From positions 27,635,818 through 27,699,817 of the forward strand of contig NC_081360.1 of the NCBI RefSeq assembly GCF_030684315.1: a stretch of 64,000 nt of DNA, read 5' to 3'. The notes under the pieces were generated by a model. That model saw only the letters and a program-made list of their open reading frames with translations, was not told the DNA's origin and made no database searches. Shown one piece after another: positions 12,901-26,900 of this stretch. A program made the translations under genes and the position numbers. The stretch is from Stegostoma tigrinum (taxonomy: Eukaryota). The stretch's first letter is position 1, and every line of letters starts with the position of its first letter.

Positions 12901-13092
12901 TGTTAGTAAAATCTTTCCACATATCACAGGGTACAGTAATCATCGATACTGCGAGGCTGAGTTAATGACTCTCTTTATGAAGCACAACTGCATTTTTCCT
13001 TCTATTCCCAACCAGAAGAAGCTTTCTTCCTTTGTGTCAGTGCTAAATGGCAAGACAATGTAGAGGGCATAAATTGGGGCGCACAGATGGGC

Positions 13093-14205
13093 GCAGAACT
13101 GTACAGCACACGAATTGACCTTTCAGCGGACAATATTATGTTAAACGTAACACCAAATTCAATGAAACCCTTGTGCCTGCCTTTAGTCCATATCCCTGCA
13201 TTCCTTGCAAACTCATGTACTCATCTAAAACTCTCCTAAACAGCTCTGTTTTGTATGACTCCACCAGACGCAGAACATCCCAGACTCCTACCATTCCAAT
13301 GTCTAAAAAACGCATCCCTCTTATCTCCTTTGAACGTTTTCCCTGTAACCTTAAAGGCATCCCCCCTAATTTTAGATATTTCAACTCTTGGATAAATATT
13401 CTGTGCATTTCATAAATTTATAGCCCTCGATCAAGTCTCCCTTCAGCCTTCGCCTCTCCAGAGCAAACAACCTGAGTTTTTTATGATGAAGCTTCACTGG
13501 ACCCGAAACATTAACTCTGATGTTCTTTTCACGGATGCTGCCAGAACTGCTGAGTTTTTCCAGCAAGTTGTGCTTTAGTTCCAAGTTTTTCTTGCTTCTC
13601 CTTACAGCTCATTTCATCTCATTTAGGCAGCACCCTGGTAAACCTTTTCTTCAGCATCTTCAACACCTCGACATCCTTCCTGTCATGTAACGGCCAGAAC
13701 TGAGCACAATACTCTAAGTGTGGCCTAACCAAAATCTTGTAAAATATAATATCCTGACTGTTGTATTCAATTCACCAACCAATACAGGGAAGCATTCCAT
13801 ACACATTCTTTACTATGATATATACTTGCATGTTTACTTTTAGGAAGTTATGGACTTGAACCTCAAGATCCCTCTGTAGTTCAATGTTATTCAGGCTCCT
13901 GTATTAACTATACTTTTCCTTAACATTTGATTTCCCAAAGTTTAGCACGTCACACTTCCGGGATTAATCTTGATCTGCCCTTTCTCTGCCCATATCTGCT
14001 GCTGATATATATCTTACTGTACTCTTTGATATCCTTCAACATTATCCACAACTCTAACAATCTTTGTATCATTTGCAAGCTTACTAACCACCCATCTATA
14101 TTTTCATCCAAGTCATTTATATAAATCATAAACAGAAGCAGTCCCGATACTGATGCTTGTGGAATACAACTTGTCATGGACCTGCAGCAAGAAAACCACC
14201 CCTCC
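13093..14205 (-). mobile_element. CR1-type LINE fragment truncated by the duplication junction
   Basis: Minus ORFs IPQASVSGLLLFMIYINDLDENIDG and LRLFALERRRLKGDLIEGYKFMK. Carries a short insert at ~13480-13580. Confidence 0.85.
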
Positions 14206-15363
14206 CCTCTACTGAATGAGGATTTATCAATGTTAAATTTTTATCAGCATCTGCAGTGCTTTTGTCTTCAGAGGAAAGTTTGAAGTTTGAAAACAGAGGC
14301 ACAATGCAGTCTGACATCACGAATACACTGGACGCTAGGTTCAGTAACACATTCGGTTTTGGTATTGGGATCTAGCGTCAGTGGTACATTGAGGTCAGAG
14401 TTCATTTGTATATCAGGTCTCGCATTAATGTTATTTTTAGATCTTTTCTCATGCCTGCATTAGTGTCTGACATGAGAGGTGCATTGCTATTTGACATGTT
14501 TGATACTTTGGGACCCGATTTATTGAGAACTGTAAGTTCGAGGGAGCAGTCTACAAATTACGAACATTAGCCAAAACCAGAGCAAAAGTCCGGAAGTAAT
14601 CTGAACCGGGTGTTGTTATAAGCAAAACACTGATCAAGTTGTCGAAAGTAGAAGGTACATTAATGGCAGAATCATGGGCAAGTTATTATATCTGGCTTTT
14701 ATGCAGAAGACTTCTCTCCATAGACAGTTTGAAGAGGGATTGTACAAAATGATCTGTTGATAAAGTACACGGCAAATGTATATACTGGGTCACGAAATTC
14801 TGAAAGGCCAGGGACACTTCAATGCATTTGAATAAAGAAGTCTAGGTGCTGTTGAAACCATACTGATATTGATTATTTAACTATTCTTTCGCAATTCTCA
14901 GATATATTTACTTTGTAATTTAGATTTTGTTATTATAGTAGATTGCAGGAAAACATAGAAAATGGAACTGCTTGAAAAACATCGGATTTTTTGATGTTTT
15001 ATTTCTTTGAAAATTACTGTGTTGTGAATGGTGGGATCAAATTGGGAGATTTGATTCTACAATGTCTGCTGGCTGTTCATCTTTATTGTGGTATTTTACA
15101 GTTTTCAATTTTTTAAAACATTTAATCAATAATTTGACTGCTAAATCATTGTGATGACTTGAATCAATCATGATTGACCGAAGGCATGGCACCAAGAACG
15201 GTAATGTCCTGTATTTATTCAAATAACATGCAATTCCTAATCTTTGTCGTTGAATACTTTCATGAATGACATACAAGTACTGGTCTCATCAATTCTACTT
15301 TATTTACACTTCAGCATATTTCAGTTACACTCAGAGCTATCTCAGCAAGATTTTGAATGCCAT

Positions 15364-18300
15364 TTAGAAGTCCCTCATGCGCCTGAAAGATCCGACAGCT
15401 GAGCTGTAGCCTCCCCAGTCAGTGTATCTCCTGTATTCACCGGGTCTCATGAAGTACTGCCGCCCTCTGTAGCTGGGATGTTCAAAGAAGATCCAGTAAC
15501 CGTCCATCACGTGGCAGGAGTGGATGTCACGGTAACGGAAACGATCGTAGACAGATGGACAGTCTTCCATGAATTCCATCATCTGTCCTCCAAAGTCAGG
15601 CCTCTCGTAAATCTTCATTCTGTAGGCGCCTCCTCGGTACTGGAATAAAGATTTTAATTCATTTTCAAGTTACAGGCATGAAAATGCGCATCTATAATGT
15701 AAGCCATTAAAAAAAAGCTACAAGTGTAGGCATTCAGATTTAACCCATCTACCACTCAAGAAAGATGGCACAAAAAAATGGATGTGCATTTCAACTCATG
15801 TTCAATGATATATATACACCTAATCTCTCCGTATTCACAACATTTTGTGACGACTGCACGTATTCAATACCGAATGATCATGGAACAGAAATGCCCATGT
15901 GGATTATGAGATAGCAGGAACTGCAGATGCTGGAGACTCTGAGATAACGAGGTGTAGAGCTGGGGAGGGGAGATTTTGAAGCTTGTGAAGTCCACGTTGA
16001 TACAATTGGGCTGCAGTGTTCCCAAGTGAAATATGAAGTGCTGTTTCTGCGACCTTCAGGTGGTATCGTTGTGGCACTGCAGGAGGCCCAGTGTGGACAT
16101 GTCGCCTGAGGAATGGCTAGGTTATGTGGAACAGTCTCTCTTCCACAGCTACACTGGCGCTAAACCCTACCTCCTCCTCCGTTACATCGATGGCTGTATC
16201 GGCGCCGCTTCGTACTCCCACGAAGCCCTCGAACAGTTCATCCACTTCACCAACACCTTCCACCCCAACCTTAAGTTCATCCAGACCAACTCTGATACCT
16301 CTCTCTCCTTCCTGGAAATCTCTGATTCCATCTCTGGCAACCACCTAGAAACCGATATCCATTTCAATCCTACCGACTCCCCCACACCTACCTAGAATAC
16401 ATCTCCCCCAACACACCTTCCTGCAAAAATGCCATCACCTATTCCCAATTCCTTTGCATCGAACACATCTGCTCACAGGATGAGGCATTCCACTCCCATA
16501 CATCTCAAATGTCCTCACTTTTCAAGGAGCACAACTCCCCCCCCCCCCCCCAGTGGTCGAGAATGCCCTCAACCGTGTCGCGCACATTTCCTGTATATCA
16601 TCCCTCACACCACTCCCTGCAATAACAACCAAAACAGAATCCACCTTGTCCTCACTTCCACCATCTGAAATCTGACCCTACCACCGAAGACATTTTTCCC
16701 TCCCCACCCTCATCTGCTATCCGGAGGTTCACCCTCTCCATGACTGCCTTGTCCATTCCACACTCCCCTCCAGCCCCACCACACCTAGCAATTTTCCCTG
16801 CAACCACAGGAAGTGCGAAATCTGCCCCTATACTTCCCCCCTCATCCCCATCCCAGGCCCCAGGAAGACCTTCCACATCAAGCAGATGTTCATCTGCACA
16901 TCTGCTCATGTGGTATACTGTATCCACTGTTCCAGATGGGTGCTCTCTACATCGGGGAAACCATGCAGAGGCCTGGGGACCGCTTTGCAGAACACCTACG
17001 CTCAGTTCACACTAAACAACCGCACCTCCCAGCTGCAAACCATTTCAACTCCCCCTCCAATTCCTCAGACAACATGTCCATCCTGGGCCTCTTGCAGTGC
17101 CAGATCAATGCCACCTGAAGGCTCCAGCACAACACCTCATACTTTGATTGGGAACCCTGCAGCTCAATGGTATCAATGTGGATTTCACAAGCTTCAATAT
17201 CTCACCTCCCCCTACAACATCCCAAAACCAGCCCAGCTTGTCCCCGCCTCCCTAACCTGTCCTTCCTCCCACCTATCCCTTCCTCCCACCTCAACCCCCA
17301 AACCCATGTCCTACCTAATTGTCTCATCCCGCTCCTTGATCTGTCCATCCTCCCTAGACTGACATCCCCTCCCTAACTCCCCACCTACACTCACCTTTAC
17401 TAGTTCCATTCCCATCTCTTTGACCTGTCTGTCTCCTCTCCACATATCTTCTCCTCTATCCATCTTCTATCCGCCTACCCCTCTCTCCATATTTACTTCA
17501 GATTCCCCCTCATCTACCCCGTTTCTGAAGAAGGGTCTAGGCCTAAAAACGTCAGGAGAGCTGCTCTGCTTTTTTTTATTTTTGAGTGTTGTCACACAAA
17601 TTAGTGACAGGAAGAAATACAGGCCTGAGCTGTTGAGTTTTCAGTTCACCTGGCTGGAGGCAGAACCTTTACTCAGTTCTTACAGGAAAAGTTACACCAC
17701 AGTGGGATTGTTTCAGAGATAGTCCGAACTGCAGATGCTGGAGAATCCGACATAACAAGGTGTACAGCTGGGTGAACACAGCAGGCCAAGTAGCATCATA
17801 GGAGCAGGAAAGCTGACCTTAAAGGCCGAGACCTTTCTACATAAAAAGATGGGTCTCCACCCGAAACATGGGCTTTGCTGCTCCTCTGTTGGTGTTTGGC
17901 CCGCGTGTTCATCCAGCTCTATGCCTTGTTACCACAATGGGATTGCCAGGCTTGAAGGGAGGGACCTCCAGTGCCATGAACTCCAGCTCCCAGGCTCAAT
18001 CAAAGGCTGACAATGGCAGTTGAAGGTGTGACATCCACCGGGAAGAGTGTAATGACCTCTGGATGGGGGAATATGGGCCACACCGATGAGATTCAAGGGA
18101 AAGATAACAGGAGAGCGCAAAACCCATTCAAAAAACATCACGCTCATACAGAGGACCATATCTCTGTAGCAGGTGAGACCTGAACTCAGGTGTGTTGACA
18201 CTGTCATTGCACTACAATTTTAGGTTGAGCTGTTTCACTAGCAATCAAGGTAAATCTTAATCCACATTGATCATAAATAGAGATCCCGGTGACCTCTCAT

Positions 18301-19034
18301 AAGGCAGCAGTCTCCATGGAATTATACCGCGTGTCGCGTAGTTACTTGTGGATTAAACCGAGGTGGAAGGAATAGCATTTTATGCAAGAAATGATACGAT
18401 GCCTCATCGTATGCCACATGCAGATTAGAATGTGGCTTTTGATAAAATGTGGGTGAATCATGAAGGCAAGAAAAAGGAACACAATCTGTCCACTATTTAA
18501 ATCAAGAACTGTAATAATGTTGTTCACAGAAGAATGGAGATGATACCTATACATAGATGATGTATAGCAAATATTATAAGACGTATCAACAAATAATTTC
18601 CGTTTAAGCCTGCTATCAGACATTCATTTGTAACTTACTGGTTGATAGGAGCGACATGACCGGACACAGTCATTGAATCCCATCCAGTGCTGATAGTCAG
18701 GATATTCTCCCCTGGTCAGAACGTACTGGTGTCCCATGTAATTAGGTTTCTCGTACAGAACCCACCAGTCACTCTCAACACGGATGGAGTTACAGCGGCT
18801 GAAGTAAGGGGTCAGGTCGGCACAGTCACTGCTGCACTCATAGTGCCGACCCTGGAAGTTCCTGTCCTCGTAAAAGATGATCTGTGGGAAGCAGGTAAGT
18901 TATAGATCAATGCTGTAACAAGATGAGGTAATTATGCAGTTTTAAAAAATATATATACTATACCATGTGTAAATGATCTCTTTCAGTGCTGTACTGATTC
19001 AACGAACTGAAAGCATGAAGCTTACCTTTCCCAT
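15364..19034 (-). CDS. cryg: Gamma-crystallin (gene 2), 175 aa
   Basis: Exons 19034-19026, 18881-18639 (..[29 protein letters not shown]) and 15639-15364 ([29 protein letters not shown]). GT-AG introns; AATAAA at 15304-15299. Confidence 0.95.
15908..17553 (+). mobile_element. Penelope-like retroelement in intron 2 of gene 2
   Basis: [10 protein letters not shown] (RT) and [36 protein letters not shown] (GIY-YIG). Shorter inverted 5' segment at 15908-16115. Same insertion site as in gene 1. Confidence 0.88.
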
Positions 19035-19083
19035 TTTAAGTTCAGTTAGAAAGCTACTGACTGAATCTGCGTGTGTTTCCTGG

Positions 19084-19173
19084 TATTTATACTGTTGTCT
19101 GAAAGGTCAATGTAAAGAATATATCATTATTCTGATGATTGAAGGCCACGTATGTCAGCAAAAATGAAACAAT
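19084..19173 (-). promoter_or_regulatory. Gene 2 proximal promoter (TATA, Maf half-site, Sox-type site)
   Basis: TATAAATA 19091-19084; TGCTGA 19160-19155; ATTGTT 19173-19168. Confidence 0.7.
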
Positions 19174-21679
19174 ACTGTTCTCCCATAATATGCAAAAACC
19201 ATTCCAGAATGCGTGCTTTTAAAATCATGTGAACGCCTCTTTTCATTTTGCTTTTACCTCATTTTAATTGCTCGGTTAACAAATTATTCCAGAAAAGAGG
19301 CATTGCCGACGCCTCTCGGAGCTGATGGTATCACACGCAATGAAAATGCAGAATGTTCTCTTCTGAATGTGACGAGAAGTCTGTGCTCTTAAAATTGCGT
19401 TTCAGTAATTTTTGTATAAGACTCCTTATTTTTTTTGCCCCCAGTGTGATTTGCGTAAGCCTGACTGAATGAACATGGAAATTGTATCGTTTTGGTCTTA
19501 TCGCAAGCATACCTACTTGTGTCAGTGTGCTGTATACAATGGGGGTTCAAAAACAGACAACTGGATCCAAAGTATACTTTAGAACTGTTGTTTCTGCCCC
19601 AGACCCTTCATCATTCCTCACCACAGGCCTGAAACATGGACTTCCCTGCTCCTCTGGTGCTGCCTGACTTGAATGTCTCAATGCTTTCCCGCTGCTATAT
19701 GCAGGTTTGTTTTTTTTTGTCCTTATCATTGTCAATCTCAACAATTTAGAGATGCGGAATAAGATTTATTTAGGTATTGTTGTCATCCAATATGATGAGC
19801 GTCAGAGGTTACATCCACACTGAGGATTGAAGGATGAACACAACTGCCTGACAGCCCATTGGGAGCACCCACACCACATAGGTGGCAATGGATCAAGAAT
19901 CTGACGTATTACCTACTTGTCAAATGCATTAGGGATGGGCATCAGAATTGTTGTAGCCTACGTTGCCCACATCATGTGATTAAATAAATATGAAAGTGTA
20001 AAAAAGTTAAGGAGAAAATTAAAAAGAAGAAATAACTTGCTACCAGACACAGAAACCAAGGCTTGCCAAAAGCACTCACATGCTTCCAGCAGTGAGGTCA
20101 GCAAAAGAGGTAGCGTTTTCCAAGAACTGAATGGCAACATTCAAATTACATTTATCTTCCAAAACTGCGCAGGGCAGAGGTGAGCTCTTGAGCGGACTCT
20201 GTTCACACCACCAATATAGTTGTGAATTGTTCAAAACCATACGATTGCATCCAAATTATATTTTAGTGATGTTTTAGTTTCCCTAGACCCTTCATCATTC
20301 CTCACCATGACCAGGCCTGAAACATGGGCTTCCCTGCTCCTCTGATGCTGCCTGACCTGTTGTGTTCCTCCAGCCCCACACTGACTCCAGCATCTGCAGT
20401 TCTTGCCATCTCCTAAAAATGAAGTAGAATACCTTGACACAGTCAAGGTATGAATCAAAACCCATGGACGACATGTGGCAAGAAAGGGAGAGCAGTGTTA
20501 TGCAGATATTGAAAGGCTATACCAACATGAATGGTAGTTCAGTCAGATGTACTGGGAACACAGATTAGTATCAGGCTTCACATCAGCAAACAGTTAGATG
20601 GAGAGGTGACTCTGCTATTCACCTACCTATTATTAACTCAAGGTGACTTTCATTGGGATTGGTCCCTTGGGGCACGAAAGAGATTTAGCACACTGTTGTC
20701 TAAAAATCACTTCTCTACCTCTGTATCTCTCCTCGAAGGTTCCACACTCATCCCAACTTCTGTCTTGCCAGAGGTAGAGATTCTTGGAACTCTGACGTTC
20801 TTCTGGGGTACTTGGTGTCATACGTGAACCCAATTACGCTCTCGGCCAAATGATGTACGCCAAGAGTTGGCCTGAACAGTTCCTGTCTGGACAGGACCAG
20901 TGTACAGCCCAGACATGACGCACATGGAAAACTGATGTGGTAAGGATCTTATGGCCTTGTCTGGCCCAGTGGAAGATGGTGTTGCATTGCAGAAACACAG
21001 GACAGTACAACCTAGTGTTCTGACTGCCAAGTCCAGTCATAGAGCTGCAACAGTGTCCCTCTCTCATTTGCTTGGCATTCCGTGGAAGATATGTGACTGT
21101 GACCATACTGTATCTTTACTGCATCTTGACAGCACCTACTGTGGGAATCTTCACAGTATGGGATACCATCACTTCCACTGCAGGCTGATGCTGGTCCTGT
21201 CCTCGTGGTCACTTGCCATTGTCATTCATTTGTCCAACAGATCTTGTTGCAGCAGCCACGAGGATGACCACAGCTTCAGTGTTGTGCCCAAGGAGAGGGT
21301 TCCCGTGAGCCTACACAGGCAATATCATAAACAGTGAAGTTCCTTATACATATGATCATTTGGCAGTGGCAGTGACATCAAATATTATCTGGAAAGAATT
21401 GACCTACAACTGGGACATGGAGTCCCCCAGCAAGCAGGCCAGCCGGCTGCCTCGACATGGACTTTTTGTTGCCCTGATCCAGCTGTCTGTTAGTAAAATC
21501 TTTCCACATATCACAGGGTACAGTAATCATCGATACTGCGAGGCTGAGTTAATGACTCTCTTTATGAAGCACAACTGCATTTTTCCTTCTATTCCCAACC
21601 AGAAGAAGCTTTCTTCCTTTGTGTCAGTGCTAAATGGCAAGACAATGTAGAGGGCATAAATTGGGGCGCACAGATGGGC

Positions 21680-22792
21680 GCAGAACTGTACAGCACACGA
21701 ATTGACCTTTCAGCGGACAATATTATGTTAAACGTAACACCAAATTCAATGAAACCCTTGTGCCTGCCTTTAGTCCATATCCCTGCATTCCTTGCAAACT
21801 CATGTACTCATCTAAAACTCTCCTAAACAGCTCTGTTTTGTATGACTCCACCAGACGCAGAACATCCCAGACTCCTACCATTCCAATGTCTAAAAAACGC
21901 ATCCCTCTTATCTCCTTTGAACGTTTTCCCTGTAACCTTAAAGGCATCCCCCCTAATTTTAGATATTTCAACTCTTGGATAAATATTCTGTGCATTTCAT
22001 AAATTTATAGCCCTCGATCAAGTCTCCCTTCAGCCTTCGCCTCTCCAGAGCAAACAACCTGAGTTTTTTATGATGAAGCTTCACTGGACCCGAAACATTA
22101 ACTCTGATGTTCTTTTCACGGATGCTGCCAGAACTGCTGAGTTTTTCCAGCAAGTTGTGCTTTAGTTCCAAGTTTTTCTTGCTTCTCCTTACAGCTCATT
22201 TCATCTCATTTAGGCAGCACCCTGGTAAACCTTTTCTTCAGCATCTTCAACACCTCGACATCCTTCCTGTCATGTAACGGCCAGAACTGAGCACAATACT
22301 CTAAGTGTGGCCTAACCAAAATCTTGTAAAATATAATATCCTGACTGTTGTATTCAATTCACCAACCAATACAGGGAAGCATTCCATACACATTCTTTAC
22401 TATGATATATACTTGCATGTTTACTTTTAGGAAGTTGTGGACTTGAACCTCAAGATCCCTCTGTAGTTCAATGTTATTCAGGCTCCTGTATTAACTATAC
22501 TTTTCCTTAACATTTGATTTCCCAAAGTTTAGCACGTCACACTTCCGGGATTAATCTTGATCTGCCCTTTCTCTGCCCATATCTGCTGCTGATATATATC
22601 TTACTGTACTCTTTGATATCCTTCAACATTATCCACAACTCTAACAATCTTTGTATCATTTGCAAGCTTACTAACCACCCATCTATATTTTCATCCAAGT
22701 CATTTATATAAATCATAAACAGAAGCAGTCCCGATACTGATGCTTGTGGAATACAACTTGTCATGGATCTGCAGCAAGAAAACCACCCCTCC
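21680..22792 (-). mobile_element. CR1-type LINE fragment (duplicate of 13093-14205)
   Basis: Identical ORF translations at +8587. Confidence 0.85.
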
Positions 22793-23958
22793 CCTCTACT
22801 GAATGAGGATTTATCAATGTTAAATTTTTATCAGCATCTGCAGTGCTTTTGTCTTCAGAGGAAAGTTTGAAGTTTGAAAACAGAGGCACAATGCAGTCTG
22901 ACATCACGAATACACTGGACGCTAGGTTCAGTAACACATTCGGTTTTGGTATTGGGATCTAGCGTCAGTGGTACATTGAGGTCAGAGTTCATTTGTATAT
23001 CAGGTCTCGCATTAATGTTATTTTTAGATCTTTTCTCATGCCTGCATTAGTGTCTGACATGAGAGGTGCATTGCTATTTGACATGTTTGATACTTTGGGA
23101 CCCGATTTATTGAGAACTGTAAGTTCGAGGGAGCAGTCTGCAAATTACGAACATTAGCCAAAACCAGAGCAAAAGTCCGGAAGTAATCTGAACCGGGTGT
23201 TGTTATAAGCAAAACACTGATCAAGTTGTCGTAAGTAGAAGGTACATTAATGGCAGAATCATGGGCAAGTTATTATATCTGGCTTTTATGCAGAAGACTT
23301 CTCTCCATAGACAGTTTGAAGAGGGATTGTACAAAATGATCTGTTGATAAAGTACACGGCAAATGTATATACTGGGTCACGAAATTCTGAAAGGCCAGGG
23401 ACACTTCAATGCATTTGAATAAAGAAGTCTAGGTGCTGTTGAAACCATACTGATATTGATTATTTAACTATTCTTTCGCAATTCTCAGATATATTTACTT
23501 TGTAATTTAGATTTTGTTATTATAGTAGATTGCAGGAAAACATAGAAAATGGAACTGCTTGAAAAACATCGGATTTTTTGATGTTTTATTTCTTTGAAAA
23601 TTACTGTGTTGTGAATGGTGGGATCAAATTGGGAGATTTGATTCTACAATGTCTGCTGGCTGTTCATCTTTATTGTGGTATTTTACAGTTTTCAATTTTT
23701 TAAAACATTTAATCAATAATTTGACTGCTAAATCATTGTGATGACTTGAATCAATCATGATTGACCGAAGGCATGGTACCAAGAACGGTAATGTCCTGTA
23801 TTTATTCAAATAACATGCAATTCCTAATCTTTGTCGTTGAATACTTTCATGAATGACATACAAGTACTGGTCTCATCAATTCTACTTTATTTACACTTCA
23901 GCATATTTCAGTTACACTCAGAGCTATCTCAGCAAGATAGCCAGATTTTGAATGCCAT

Positions 23959-26900
23959 TTAGAAGTCCCTCATGCGCCTGAAAGATCCGACAGCTGAGCT
24001 GTAGCCTCCCCAGTCAGTGTATCTCCTGTATTCACCGGGTCTCATGAAGTACTGCCGCCCTCTGTAGCTGGGATGTTCAAAGAAGATCCAGTAACCGTCC
24101 ATCACGTGGCAGGAGTGGATGTCACGGTAACGGAAACGATCGTAGACAGATGGACAGTCATCTGTGAATTCCATCATCTGTCCTCCAAAGTCAGGCCTCT
24201 CGTAAATCTTCATTCTGTAGGCGCCTCCTCGGTACTGGAATAAAGATTTTAATTCATTTTCAAGTTACAGGAATGAAAATGCGCATCTATAATGTAAGCC
24301 ATTAAAAAAAAGCTACAAGTGTAGGCATTCAGATTTAACCCATCTACCACTCAAGAAAGATGGCACAAAAAAATGGATGTGCATTTCAACTCATGTTCAA
24401 TGATATATATACACCTAATCTCTCCGTATTCACAACATTTTGTGACGACTGCACGTATTCAATACCGAATGATCATGGAACAGAAATGCCCATGTGGATT
24501 ATGAGATAGCAGGAACTGCAGATGCTGGAGACTCTGAGATAACGAGGTGTAGAGCTGGGGAGGGGAGATTTTGAAGCTTGTGAAGTCCACGTTGATACAA
24601 TTGGGCTGCAGTGTTCCCAAGTGAAATATGAAGTGCTGTTTCTGCGACCTTCAGGTGGTATCGTTGTGGCACTGCAGGAGGCCCAGTGTGGACATGTCGC
24701 CTGAGGAATGGCTAGGTTATGTGGAACAGTCTCTCTTCCACAGCTACACTGGCGCTAAACCCTACCTCCTCCTCCGTTACATCGATGGCTGTATCGGCGC
24801 CGCTTCGTACTCCCACGAAGCCCTCGAACAGTTCATCCACTTCACCAACACCTTCCACCCCAACCTTAAGTTCATCCAGACCAACTCTGATACCTCTCTC
24901 TCCTTCCTGGAAATCTCTGATTCCATCTCTGGCAACCACCTAGAAACCGATATCCATTTCAATCCTACCGACTCCCCCACACCTACCTAGAATACATCTC
25001 CCCCAACACACCTTCCTGCAAAAATGCCATCACCTATTCCCAATTCCTTTGCATCGAACACATCTGCTCACAGGATGAGGCATTCCACTCCCATACATCT
25101 CAAATGTCCTCACTTTTCAAGGAGCACAACTCCCCCCCCCCCCCCAGTGGTCGAGAATGCCCTCAACCGTGTCGCGCACATTTCCTGTATATCATCCCTC
25201 ACACCACTCCCTGCAATAACAACCAAAACAGAATCCACCTTGTCCTCACTTCCACCATCTGAAATCTGACCCTACCACCGAAGACATTTTTCCCTCCCCA
25301 CCCTCATCTGCTATCCGGAGGTTCACCCTCTCCATGACTGCCTTGTCCATTCCACACTCCCCTCCAGCCCCACCACACCTAGCAATTTTCCCTGCAACCA
25401 CAGGAAGTGCGAAATCTGCCCCTATACTTCCCCCCTCATCCCCATCCCAGGCCCCAGGAAGACCTTCCACATCAAGCAGATGTTCATCTGCACATCTGCT
25501 CATGTGGTATACTGTATCCACTGTTCCAGATGGGTGCTCTCTACATCGGGGAAACCATGCAGAGGCCTGGGGACCGCTTTGCAGAACACCTACGCTCAGT
25601 TCACACTAAACAACCGCACCTCCCAGCTGCAAACCATTTCAACTCCCCCTCCAATTCCTCAGACAACATGTCCATCCTGGGCCTCTTGCAGTGCCAGATC
25701 AATGCCACCTGAAGGCTCCAGCACAACACCTCATACTTTGATTGGGAACCCTGCAGCTCAATGGTATCAATGTGGATTTCACAAGCTTCAATATCTCACC
25801 TCCCCCTACAACATCCCAAAACCAGCCCAGCTTGTCCCCGCCTCCCTAACCTGTCCTTCCTCCCACCTATCCCTTCCTCCCACCTCAACCCCCAAACCCA
25901 TGTCCTACCTAATTGTCTCATCCCGCTCCTTGATCTGTCCATCCTCCCTAGACTGACATCCCCTCCCTAACTCCCCACCTACACTCACCTTTACTAGTTC
26001 CATTCCCATCTCTTTGACCTGTCTGTCTCCTCTCCACATATCTTCTCCTCTATCCATCTTCTATCCGCCTACCCCTCTCTCCATATTTACTTCAGATTCC
26101 CCCTCATCTACCCCGTTTCTGAAGAAGGGTCTAGGCCTAAAAACGTCAGGAGAGCTGCTCTGCTTTTTTTTATTTTTGAGTGTTGTCACACAAATTAGTG
26201 ATTGGACGAAATACAGGCCTGAGCTGTTGAGTTTTCAGTTCACCTGGCTGGAGGCAGAACCTTTACTCAGTTCTTACAGGAAAAGTTACACCACAGTGGG
26301 ATTGTTTCAGAGATAGTCCGAACTGCAGATGCTGGAGAATCCGACGTAACAAGGTGTACAGCTGGGTGAACACAGCAGGCCAAGTAGCATCATAGGAGCA
26401 GGAAAGCTGACCTTAAAGGCCGAGACCTTTCTACATAAAAAGATCGGTCTCCACCCGAAACATGGGCTTTGCTGCTCCTCTGTTGGTGCTTGGCCCGCGT
26501 GTTCATCCAGCTCTATGCCTTGTTACCACAATGGGATTGCCAGGCTTGAAGGGAGGGACCTCCAGTGCCATGAACTCCAGCTCCCAGGCTCAATCAAAGG
26601 CAGACAATGGCAGTTGAAGGTGTGACATCCACCGGGAAGAGTGTAATGACCTCTGGATGGCGGAATATGGGCCACACCGATGAGATTCAAGGGAAAGATA
26701 ACAGGAGAGCGCAAAACCCATTCAAAAAACATCACGCTCATACAGAGGACCATATCTCTGTAGCAGGTGAGACCTGAACTCAGGTGTGTTGACACTGTCA
26801 TTGCACTACAATTTTAGGTTGAGCTGTTTCACTAGCAATCAAGGTAAATCTTAATCCACATTGATCATAAATAGAGATCCCGGTGACCTCTCATAAGGCA

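Larger units (their letters stand above)
5182..14209. repeat. Tandem segmental duplication unit A (contains gene 1)
   Basis: The sequence starting tactgaatgaggatttatc at 5182 recurs at 14210 and 22797. Identical or near-identical ORF translations repeat at an offset of ~8587 bp. Confidence 0.93.
14210..22796. repeat. Tandem segmental duplication unit B (contains gene 2)
   Basis: 8587 bp. The left part is nearly identical to unit C and the right part nearly identical to unit A. Confidence 0.93.
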
